A stretch of DNA of 64,000 nt from a virus, in the IMG/VR virus record IMGVR_UViG_3300023296_000994; one strand, 5' to 3'. The notes beneath the pieces were generated by a model. It saw only the letters and a program-made list of their open reading frames with translations, was not told where the DNA came from and ran no database searches. Position 1 is the stretch's first letter. Every line of letters begins with the position of its first letter. Positions 1-8,406 of the stretch are shown here, one piece after another. The position numbers were made by a program, and so were the translations under genes.

Positions 1-217
<217 letters not shown>

Positions 218-227
218 TTATTTTCTT

Positions 228-596
228 TTAAATGTGCGCGCTGTTGCGGTCTGTCGGAGGCATTGGTGGAGGTGAAGGGTAGTCTGAACTCGATTTGTTT
301 TTCGGTCCTGTTCTGTTTATAATAGACAATAAATCAGATTCTTGGACTGCCATCAATCCGTCTGTATCTTCCATTACTTTCGCAGATAATTTAGTATACA
401 ATACGATATCACCCACAATACACTGCATGTCACCTCTGGCACCAGACAGTAATAATAATCCAGGACCCACAGCAACTACTTCAGCTGTGTTTACACCTTC
501 ATCATTTGTTTCTGGTACTATTACTCCACCGGATGTAATGTCTTGTTTGGTGGGCTTTATTATTACCCGGCCACCAATGGGAAAAAACTGCTTCAT
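228..596 (-). CDS. groES: Co-chaperonin GroES (Cpn10)
   Basis: PIGGRVIIKP...TSGGVIVP...AEVVAVGPG...VGDIVLY...ESDLLSII pattern; Pro-rich C-terminal extension. Confidence 0.92.
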   Translation of the reverse strand: MKQFFPIGGRVIIKPTKQDITSGGVIVPETNDEGVNTAEVVAVGPGLLLLSGARGDMQCIVGDIVLYTKLSAKVMEDTDGLMAVQESDLLSIINRTGPKNKSSSDYPSPPPMPPTDRNSAHI

Positions 597-628
597 AACT
601 TATTTTTTATTTACTATTATAAATATCA

Positions 629-1078
629 CTACTTTTTCTTAAAGCTCGTGAGCTTGGTTATTTTTTTCTTATCAAGACCATACGCCTGTAAGATAGATTT
701 TACATCATCCTTATCCATTATTTCTAAATATTGAATCACTTCGCGTGATGAAACTTTATACCATTTAATGAGGTAATCAATCAGTTCACTATCATACTTA
801 GATGTACCCTTTCCTTTAATGTATTTGTCATACGTTTTTACTTTGGGTAAGAAATCATAATAAACTTTATATACATCTCTTGGTTCTAATAATCCAATGG
901 AAAATATTTGAAATTCATTTACGAATTCAATTAAGTCCTGGTTCATACTTAGAAATCTATTTATAAGAAATGGACTAAACGATTTTTTATCCAACTCACT
1001 TAAGGTATTCCAAGGTACTTTCTTATCCTTTATACCTGCTAAGTGTTCGAAGATTGTTTTTGGTTTCGTTGTACTCAT
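629..1078 (-). CDS. Clamp loader small subunit (T4 gp62-like)
   Basis: FSPFLINRFLSM motif; next to the clamp-loader ATPase. Confidence 0.75.
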   Translation of the reverse strand: MSTTKPKTIFEHLAGIKDKKVPWNTLSELDKKSFSPFLINRFLSMNQDLIEFVNEFQIFSIGLLEPRDVYKVYYDFLPKVKTYDKYIKGKGTSKYDSELIDYLIKWYKVSSREVIQYLEIMDKDDVKSILQAYGLDKKKITKLTSFKKK

Positions 1079-1106
1079 TTTATATATTTACGTAGCTTAG
1101 CCTTTA

Positions 1107-1137
1107 CAATATAGTAAATCATTGGGACAAATCCAAA
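1107..1137 (-). promoter_or_regulatory. Putative host-RNAP promoter TTTGG-N19-TATATTG
   Basis: Same spacing recurs at 4515-4545, 9544-9574, 18054-18084 and 22154-22184. Confidence 0.65.
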
Positions 1138-1199
1138 TAAACTTAGTAAAGAAAAATGTGGTTCTCCGCATGTACCTAAAATGTGGTGTATAATATGCA

Positions 1200-2129
1200 T
1201 TAGTTTATAATATCTAAGATTCCCATAATGGTTGCCATTATATTAATTTCTGAGTCCACTACAAAGCTATCTTTATATTGGCCATCAGCCAACTTAATAA
1301 TTACTTCACCTTGTTTTTGTGGAGCATACTGATCTACATTGTCATAAAGAAACTTAAAGAATTGAGTAAAGTCCTTAACCTTACTATCAGCTATAGTCTG
1401 TCTTATAAGTACAAACTTATTTTCAGTACTTGCCTTAGATGTTAGGTGAATCAAACATTCATTCATGTAATTTGCCTGAATGATAGATTGCTTATCTATT
1501 GTCAACTTACCATTTATTATTTGACTTTGTGCCGATCCCAATATACGTCTTATGTCAGGGTATCCATTATTAACAATAGACACTACATCCGCATTGTCAA
1601 AGGATACTCCTTCTGCGCTGAGGATGGACACGAGCCTCTTAGCCACGTCTGCTTTGTTAGGAGGTGTTATGGCAAATGATTGGCATCTACTCTGTATAGG
1701 GTCTATAATTTTTTCAACGTAATTACATGTAAGAATGAAACGTGTAGTTTTTGAAAAAGTTTCCATTAAATTACGAAGGGCTGCTTGGCCGTTCGGAGTC
1801 ATATAATCACTTTCATCAAGAATACAAATCTTCCACTTTCTGAATCCCATTGAACTGGCAAAGTTTTTGATTTTGGTTCTTACCGTGTCTACGTTGTTTT
1901 CGTCAGACGCATTTATATAAAGTACATCCGCGTCAATTGAATTAGATATAATTTTGGCTAGTGTAGTTTTGCCAGTTCCAGCTTGACCATACAATAATAA
2001 ATGAGGTACGTCTCCCGATTCAATATATACTTTAACTTTACTTTTCAGTAATTCATTACCTACATATCCGTCCAAATCGGCGGGACGATATTTTTCTATA
2101 AATAACGTATGTTCTGTATTTCCTATCAT
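1200..2129 (-). CDS. Clamp loader AAA+ subunit (T4 gp44/RFC-like)
   Basis: EKYRP, Walker A GQAGTGKTT, INASDE, ILDESD, ALRNLME, SRC motifs. Confidence 0.95.
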   Translation of the reverse strand: MIGNTEHTLFIEKYRPADLDGYVGNELLKSKVKVYIESGDVPHLLLYGQAGTGKTTLAKIISNSIDADVLYINASDENNVDTVRTKIKNFASSMGFRKWKICILDESDYMTPNGQAALRNLMETFSKTTRFILTCNYVEKIIDPIQSRCQSFAITPPNKADVAKRLVSILSAEGVSFDNADVVSIVNNGYPDIRRILGSAQSQIINGKLTIDKQSIIQANYMNECLIHLTSKASTENKFVLIRQTIADSKVKDFTQFFKFLYDNVDQYAPQKQGEVIIKLADGQYKDSFVVDSEINIMATIMGILDIIN

Positions 2130-2560
2130 TATTCTCCAGTTGAACCGAATCCACCTTCACCACGTTCCGTATCTTCAAGTTCTTCAACCTCTTCAAATTC
2201 TACGGACGGAATTGGCATAATTACAAGTTGACCTATTCTATCACCTACTTTATAAATTTCAGCTTCTCTGTCACCCCAGAAACGAAGCATTAATTCACCT
2301 CTGTAACCACTATCAATAACACCAACACAATTAGATAACACCAATTGCTTTTTATATATTGAACTTCTGGGATATATCAGACCAACGTATCCAATCGGAA
2401 TTTCTATTGCTATGCCGGTTCCATATCGTATAATTGAATTCAATTCATGTTCTATCGATGTGGCAGTTAAATCTGATCCGGCATCACCTGGATTTGCAAT
2501 TGTAGGAATTACTGCCTTATCGTGCAGCTTCTTGAATTTGACTTTCAATTTCGTTTTCAT
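2129..2560 (-). CDS. dut: Trimeric dUTPase
   Basis: DAGSDL, PRSS, GVIDSGYRGE, GDRIGQLV, RGEGGFGSTG; probable start at 2560 (ORF track 2584). Confidence 0.95.
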   Translation of the reverse strand: MKTKLKVKFKKLHDKAVIPTIANPGDAGSDLTATSIEHELNSIIRYGTGIAIEIPIGYVGLIYPRSSIYKKQLVLSNCVGVIDSGYRGELMLRFWGDREAEIYKVGDRIGQLVIMPIPSVEFEEVEELEDTERGEGGFGSTGE

Positions 2561-2567
2561 AATTTTA

Positions 2568-3791
2568 TTATCGACCAACTTCACTTAAATATTTAGATTT
2601 CATTTCGTCCCATGAGATACCAACTGCATCAATGTAATACAAATGGTCTGGCTTAAGCCTTCCTTCTGTATGTAGCTTAGTATAACGTCTAATTGCTTTA
2701 GGTTTCCACCAATTATTAATGTAATCAATACCCTCTACAAACTTCTTTTTCATAACAAGTTCGTCTTCGGATATTTTTCCACATAAAAAGTCATTGCCAT
2801 TATCATATATAAATGCTCCGTAACAACCACGTTTGAACCCGTGCTGATACTTAGACTGTGATATTTTACATTCGGAAAATATTTTACTAATTATTTTCTG
2901 TTTGATTCCACTTACTGGGCCGCTGCGTGTATTGTCACCTTCTTCTATAGGGAGACCATCTTTACCACGTTCTTCTGTCACATTTATTTCATACCATTGA
3001 GTACGGTTTTCTTTTATCCATTGGTGCCACGGAGTATAAATTGAATCATCCGGCTTAATACTAATTTTCCCGGCGGATTCACCCAAAGTTTTGAAATGGG
3101 GAATAGCGTTATACTGTGAATGAATACCGTATAATGATGTTGTACCTACTGCTACAAGTGTCTGACCATACGATGATTTCCAATAATCCCTAACATCAGG
3201 GGTTGTTGTCATCGTTGCTATCAATTTTCCACCTAAGAAATTATAACCAAGTGGCTGTGTACATACAATGGTAGATGCTATACTTGTGTGGTTTAGTTTT
3301 CCGGCGGCAAATTTATCTTGTAAAGTCCACCCAATATATTTATCACGTACAGCAAGAGAAGTTATATCCGATGCCATTGATACTTGACCTAATAACTTAC
3401 CACTTACCCTATCCTTTATATTCAATTTGACATTTCGTCCTGGGTTAGGAGTCCAACTCATAGTATGAATCATACGGCGTATGTGGCTCCACTTAGTAGA
3501 TTCCTTTTCCGTTGTTACTATTTCAACGTAAGGGTCCAAGTTTTCTATTTCTCTTACCGTCAAATCATAATCATATATATCGGTGGGATTCCACTGATTA
3601 TCATATAGCTCTGCCAGTAGCGATTTATTTTTAATCACGGCTGGATCTTGAAGTTCAACCCATTTTTTATATAGGGTTTGTTCTTCCACAGTCATACTTG
3701 CCAACGTATCTAAGTTCTGAATTAAATTCTGCTTTTCTTTTGTAAAATCAAATTCATCATCAGGTACTTCGCTGTCCCAAAATGGATTCAT
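2568..3791 (-). CDS. DUF4338/DruA-like protein (putative GNAT-like fold), possibly DNA modification
   Basis: PGRN, RDKYIGW, QPLGYNFLGGKL, TTSLYG..SQYN motifs recalled from this family; sits within the replisome genes. Confidence 0.6.
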   Translation of the reverse strand: MNPFWDSEVPDDEFDFTKEKQNLIQNLDTLASMTVEEQTLYKKWVELQDPAVIKNKSLLAELYDNQWNPTDIYDYDLTVREIENLDPYVEIVTTEKESTKWSHIRRMIHTMSWTPNPGRNVKLNIKDRVSGKLLGQVSMASDITSLAVRDKYIGWTLQDKFAAGKLNHTSIASTIVCTQPLGYNFLGGKLIATMTTTPDVRDYWKSSYGQTLVAVGTTSLYGIHSQYNAIPHFKTLGESAGKISIKPDDSIYTPWHQWIKENRTQWYEINVTEERGKDGLPIEEGDNTRSGPVSGIKQKIISKIFSECKISQSKYQHGFKRGCYGAFIYDNGNDFLCGKISEDELVMKKKFVEGIDYINNWWKPKAIRRYTKLHTEGRLKPDHLYYIDAVGISWDEMKSKYLSEVGR

Positions 3792-4486
3792 TACGCTAAC
3801 TTGACCAAGTAATATTCAGATGTATAATCCGCCGTAGCGAATGTTAAATGACATAACCCTTTACTTGAAATCTTCATTGATGCACTTTCACTATTCTTAT
3901 TAGCAACAAGAATTGACTTTAAATAATCTGCTGAAAATTGAATGGGCTTCATATCGCCGGATGATGTACATTTAACTACCATTGATACACGATTGGTGTT
4001 CAGTGTGGAATATCCTAAGATAATTTCGCCTGAGTCTGCTGAATAGCTAAATGTAAATTTATCACTATCAGGAAGAGCTGCTTTAGATTTGATGAATCGA
4101 GTGATGAAATCAATATCAAGTTTAATGTCAGCTTCAAAATCGGGAATCTGCTTCATTTCTGGTACATCGGGAATAACTGCCATGTCCGATAAAACGTATG
4201 TTACTGCTGTATTACTATCAGACAACTTAATTGTACTATCAGAGTGTCTAACCTTAATGTCAGAATCAAGTACAGTTAACATCGATTTGAGTTGACTGGT
4301 TGTATATATACCAAATTCTCCAGCAGGAAAATCGGGTTCGTTTGATGTTACATTACCCAACAATGTTTTATCATCGGATATAAATGATACATACATTCCA
4401 GCGGAATCTGCTGAAATTTTAACAGATTCAACTTCACCTGATAGATTGTATCGGGTTATAAATCCGTCTAATTTAGATTTGTTCAT
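3791..4486 (-). CDS. Sliding clamp (T4 gp45-like)
   Basis: 231 aa; GEFGIY..SQL, ISSKGL..LTF....YTSEYYLV C-terminus; between polymerase and clamp loader. Confidence 0.85.
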   Translation of the reverse strand: MNKSKLDGFITRYNLSGEVESVKISADSAGMYVSFISDDKTLLGNVTSNEPDFPAGEFGIYTTSQLKSMLTVLDSDIKVRHSDSTIKLSDSNTAVTYVLSDMAVIPDVPEMKQIPDFEADIKLDIDFITRFIKSKAALPDSDKFTFSYSADSGEIILGYSTLNTNRVSMVVKCTSSGDMKPIQFSADYLKSILVANKNSESASMKISSKGLCHLTFATADYTSEYYLVKLA

Positions 4487-4514
4487 AGTTTACTTTACTT
4501 TTTTGGAGTGATTA

Positions 4515-4545
4515 CAATATAAGGATAATTACTGATAATACCAAA
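4515..4545 (-). promoter_or_regulatory. Putative promoter TTTGG-N19-TATATTG upstream of sliding clamp
   Basis: Exact motif and spacing. Confidence 0.65.
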
Positions 4546-4556
4546 TTATTATCAGG

Positions 4557-5461
4557 TTAAAATGAAAAGAATTGTGATGCGGTTTCCAAATTTTCATTTG
4601 GTAGTTCCCATCCAAGTGACGTATAGAATTGTTCCAACTTCTTACCGATTTCACTATTCCATATCTGATCATAATCAATGTATGTATTGATTATATTTAG
4701 GATTTCATCGGAATCTTTGTAGCCTGTGAAGGCAACTGATTCCAATCCAAGATTATTATGTAGTAAATATACCCACTTGATTTTATCACCGTCCTTAATC
4801 GGTTCATACTTAGTAGTAAGATTATAATGTGTAAGTAGTTGATTATGGGCTATACATGATTTGACGTGAGCAGGTGTACCTTTGGTAAACGCACCTAATA
4901 ATTGGTCTTTATAAGTGTATTTACTTATACCCTTTACACCTGAATTACGTCCCAATGATGTAATCGGTTGGTTAGATATATCTTTTCTGTATGCCAGAAT
5001 TTTGTTATCCACTGCCACCTTATTTTCAACTTTAAGTATGTCCATCAGTACCTCAGACATAATAGTTTTGAAGTATGGTGGAAATGATGACCTACGTACA
5101 TCTAGCCCCTTTACATCAAGTTTATCACAGTTAACCCCCTTATCATTAATAATCCACTGAGCATATCGTTTCTTTGCAACCCAGAATGCGCTCTTAGCAA
5201 TTGTTTCTTGTTTGATATTAAATCGATGTGATTCAATATTAAACATTCGAGTGGCCATAACATCATATGTCGAGTTAATATGATTTTGAATTTCACCTGC
5301 TACTGATAGAATGGCAGGTATCATTTGATCATCATTGTTTTCATCAATATCTGGATTACGTGTTTTTACAAGCGGCGTTGATTCGTAGAATACTGAGTCA
5401 GTTAAGTGTCCACGTAAATGTTATAATCTACGTGGACTTTTTCAATTTTTTTGATTTTCAT
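4557..5461 (-). CDS. Family-B DNA polymerase, C-terminal subunit (palm motif C + thumb); needs recoding at 5400-5407
   Basis: ATG 5461 gives MKIKKIEKVHVDYNIYVDT*; shifted frame from 5402 gives TDSVFYES...KKRYA...VKGLDVRRSS...IKDGDKIKWVYL; the ORF-track start (5324) omits the catalytic DTDS motif. Confidence 0.85.
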
Positions 5462-6126
5462 AAATAATAATAAATTCACACCCTAGATGGGTTGTTATTT
5501 CGTTTTGTCTTATTTTATCCTTTTCAATTCGATTAGTATGGAATGATTCGTAATATTCAATTACGATATTTTTTTCCTTACTATATCCATCAACCCAGTA
5601 GCCAAGTTCTTTAATATAAAATTCTCCGCCATTTTCGGCGTGTTGGAGGTCTACTATATCAAGTTCTTTTGCTTTGGCCTCAATGATGGAAATTGATGAT
5701 GGATTATAGTTTGGAGAAATACCATGCTTGGATATCAATTCGTCAATTCTCTTTAATCTTAGTTTCCTAACACTTTTGGGATTATCCATCGGATTCTTAC
5801 CAACCGAAGTCCAATACTTATATCGTATTTTCTTCATCGCGGCGGTTGCATTTTTCTTCCAAGTCGGGTGTTTATTTCTAGTTTCTATCATTGAATCAAT
5901 ACTATCCTTGCTATGTCGTTTTCCTTTAAATGGATTTTTATCACCACGAACATCAGCGTGATTCTTACTTAGACTTTCTTTATGTTTATCACTAAATAAT
6001 TTACCTGTCTTAGAACAACTCAAACATTTCTTATTTTCAGCTATAGCTTTTTCATGAAACCATTTAGTTTTAATTGTTATTTCGATGCCGCAAGTGGGAC
6101 AATTTCGTACATATTTTCATCATCAT
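5442..6126 (-). mobile_element. Free-standing homing endonuclease (Zn finger + NUMOD3-like repeats + Vsr-like/PD-(D/E)xK domain) inside the polB locus
   Basis: CPTC..CLSC (frame open from 6116), HKESLSKNH, KNPFKGKRHS, GYWVDGY...IVIEYYESFH; RBS GGAG and ATGs at 6120-6126 are one base out of frame. Confidence 0.75.
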
Positions 6127-6172
6127 ATCTCCTATAATAAGTATATGATTATTCAACTTTCTGTATGGAGTA

Positions 6173-8116
6173 CTAGACAACAATATCATCATCTTCCGTT
6201 AATTCACCAACTTGCTTCTTACTACCATCCATTAACGTAACAAATTCATTTACACCAAATATTAATTCTTTGCCATTTTCTAGTGTGAGTTTATGTGGAT
6301 TTATGTGTTCATTGTAGTATGCGTTGGCAATCTTTTCCGTAGTTTTAATAATGGTTTGACCACACTCTGTAACAGCTGCAGCATTATCAAGGTCATAAAA
6401 TCTGAACGTGGCAAGCCCAAGACAGCCATATAAACTATTAAGCATGATTTTTTGGGTATGCTGCCTTCTATCGTAGAATTTATACAAATCGGTGGCTCCG
6501 GCCTTACCGTGTGATTTCATTAACTTTGTATATTCTGTTCGTTTTTTAAACCAAACATCTAAGATTTCTGCAATGACACCAACTTTATCCTGTCTATACA
6601 ATACACCATTGGATGATACCGAATAGTTAGATTCTGATAATAGCTCTTGGAATTTAGCTTTGTTAATAGCAGGATAATAGTCGCCGTGACTATCTTCAAT
6701 AATGTATTCATCTATTTCATCGGATATATATCGTTCCGTAGTGAAATTATGAACCTTGCCCATCTTAGTTTCTGGACTAATATTTAGGCTCATAATAATA
6801 CTTGGATACAATGATGTTAAGTCCAAGTCATATACCCATTTATATAATCCGGTAATAGGTTCCTTTACATATGCTCCTACAAAATCAAGTGCCACCTTAT
6901 AATCAGTACCAGCTTCTTTTTCTAGTGGCTTTGATAATGTAAATGTTGATCCATCATATGAATCATACGATACAATAATATAGCTGGATGTAGATTTACT
7001 TATTTTTAATCGGCCTGTTCCAGGTACGTTTGTCAGTATGTTAGATTCCATATTAAGCTTCGTGGTTCCAACGGGATGCTTTCTACTTAATACTAATGAC
7101 AAACGGGGTGGTGAATTTGTTGCAATTCTATTATTCCGTCTAAGGAATGTTAATATAGCACCTTCCAGCCATTTAGATGAAAAAAGAAAATCTTCATATT
7201 GAGTGTGACCGGCATGAGTAATTGAACGAGCAAGGTCAATGAATTGTAGCTTACGGTCCATATCTACCACAAGTTCAACGTCTACCAAGTTATATTCTAC
7301 AAACGTTTCAATGTCATCTCTGAATAGTTCATCTAGGCTTCCAACGTATTCTATTTTACCCCTACCCAATACTTCCTTTGCAATAGTATCCAATCGATAA
7401 TTTGCTAGTTCACTATATGTGAAGTTTTTATATAGAGCAAGATAATCAAGGGATGATACACCTGCTATTAAATAACGGCCGCGTCTTTCATTCCAATCAA
7501 CTATACCAATCGGTGACAACCTATTAGCAACACCTTCCGAAAATACAGTCTTGATTCTGTTATAGAGATATGTAATATCAAAATAATCTATGTTCCACCC
7601 AGTTATAATGGTGGGATTTATTTGTTCCCATTTATTAAGGAATGCAAGTAGTAAGCTATCTTCATCTGGAAAAGATTGTACAATGGCTTTCTTAATCTTC
7701 TTATCTATTGATAAATCTGATATCACATATACATAATAATCATCTGTTGTAGAATCATGTAGCGCTATTGATGTGATTGCATTATCAGCATCAGTTAAGT
7801 CAGGTAACCCCGTTACCATTTCAACTTCAATATCAAACGTAACTACAGTATGGCCGGTGGAAATTTCATCACTGTCACCATACGTATCAATTAAGAAACG
7901 AATGATTGGATTTATATCGCTTTCGTGTAATTTACTAGTGGTATATTTATCCCATTCTCCAATTTTCCTTAATTTCTCCCCATAGATAGATTCAAATGCT
8001 CCATTAGCATCCGGTACATATGCATACTTATGGTATTTTTCTTGCTTGTAACCAAGCTCGTCATCCCAATAATGTATAGTATTGGTCTTCCTATCAAAGT
8101 GCACATTCTGATACAT
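6173..8116 (-). CDS. Family-B DNA polymerase, N-terminal subunit (exonuclease, motifs A and B)
   Basis: FDIEV (ExoI), GWNIDYFD (ExoII), YNLVD (ExoIII), DLTSLYPSII (motif A), KIMLNSLYG (motif B); ends before motif C with an intein-like tail. Confidence 0.95.
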   Translation of the reverse strand: MYQNVHFDRKTNTIHYWDDELGYKQEKYHKYAYVPDANGAFESIYGEKLRKIGEWDKYTTSKLHESDINPIIRFLIDTYGDSDEISTGHTVVTFDIEVEMVTGLPDLTDADNAITSIALHDSTTDDYYVYVISDLSIDKKIKKAIVQSFPDEDSLLLAFLNKWEQINPTIITGWNIDYFDITYLYNRIKTVFSEGVANRLSPIGIVDWNERRGRYLIAGVSSLDYLALYKNFTYSELANYRLDTIAKEVLGRGKIEYVGSLDELFRDDIETFVEYNLVDVELVVDMDRKLQFIDLARSITHAGHTQYEDFLFSSKWLEGAILTFLRRNNRIATNSPPRLSLVLSRKHPVGTTKLNMESNILTNVPGTGRLKISKSTSSYIIVSYDSYDGSTFTLSKPLEKEAGTDYKVALDFVGAYVKEPITGLYKWVYDLDLTSLYPSIIMSLNISPETKMGKVHNFTTERYISDEIDEYIIEDSHGDYYPAINKAKFQELLSESNYSVSSNGVLYRQDKVGVIAEILDVWFKKRTEYTKLMKSHGKAGATDLYKFYDRRQHTQKIMLNSLYGCLGLATFRFYDLDNAAAVTECGQTIIKTTEKIANAYYNEHINPHKLTLENGKELIFGVNEFVTLMDGSKKQVGELTEDDDIVV

Positions 8117-8406
8117 TAAACAGACATTGTTATTTCAGTGATGCGGTAGTTTCCCATATAGCTAAGTAAATCATGTGCATCATCTATCATAAATTTCATG
8201 TTTCTATCACCACCCAACCAATCCTTACGAATAAAATTGTCATATGATATGGGATTAGGTATATTGTACCCCATCGCTTTCGCGCGGTCTTTAATTAACC
8301 TAGCTGTCCGTGAACATCTACATACAATTACATCGGAAGTAGCTGCCGATTTACGTATCAAATGAGTTGTTTTTCCTGAGTTTCGTTTTCCTATATTTAT
8401 TTGCAT
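8116..8406 (-). CDS. Small P-loop NTPase-like protein
   Basis: GKRNSGKTT Walker A, FMIDD Walker B-like; 96 aa. Confidence 0.6.
   Translation of the reverse strand: MQINIGKRNSGKTTHLIRKSAATSDVIVCRCSRTARLIKDRAKAMGYNIPNPISYDNFIRKDWLGGDRNMKFMIDDAHDLLSYMGNYRITEITMSV

Noticed and set aside
5408-5442. Hairpin as an intrinsic terminator
   Set aside because: The U-tract follows only on the plus (antisense) strand, where no gene ends. An antisense terminator is not excluded but would not explain the stop within motif C.
5438-5455. -1 frameshift at the A-rich run upstream of the polB hairpin
   Set aside because: The -1 frame hits TGA and TAA before reaching TDS and would lose YVD, so it cannot rebuild motif C.
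5400-6172. Group I intron interrupting polB
   Set aside because: The interval is almost fully occupied by the endonuclease ORF with no room for a ribozyme core. The extra 5 nt in motif C start with U|UAA like some phage introns but do not end in the required terminal G.
6173-6175. Genome-wide TAG reassignment
   Set aside because: Long genes are intact under the standard code, and reading through this TAG adds only a few residues before TAA.
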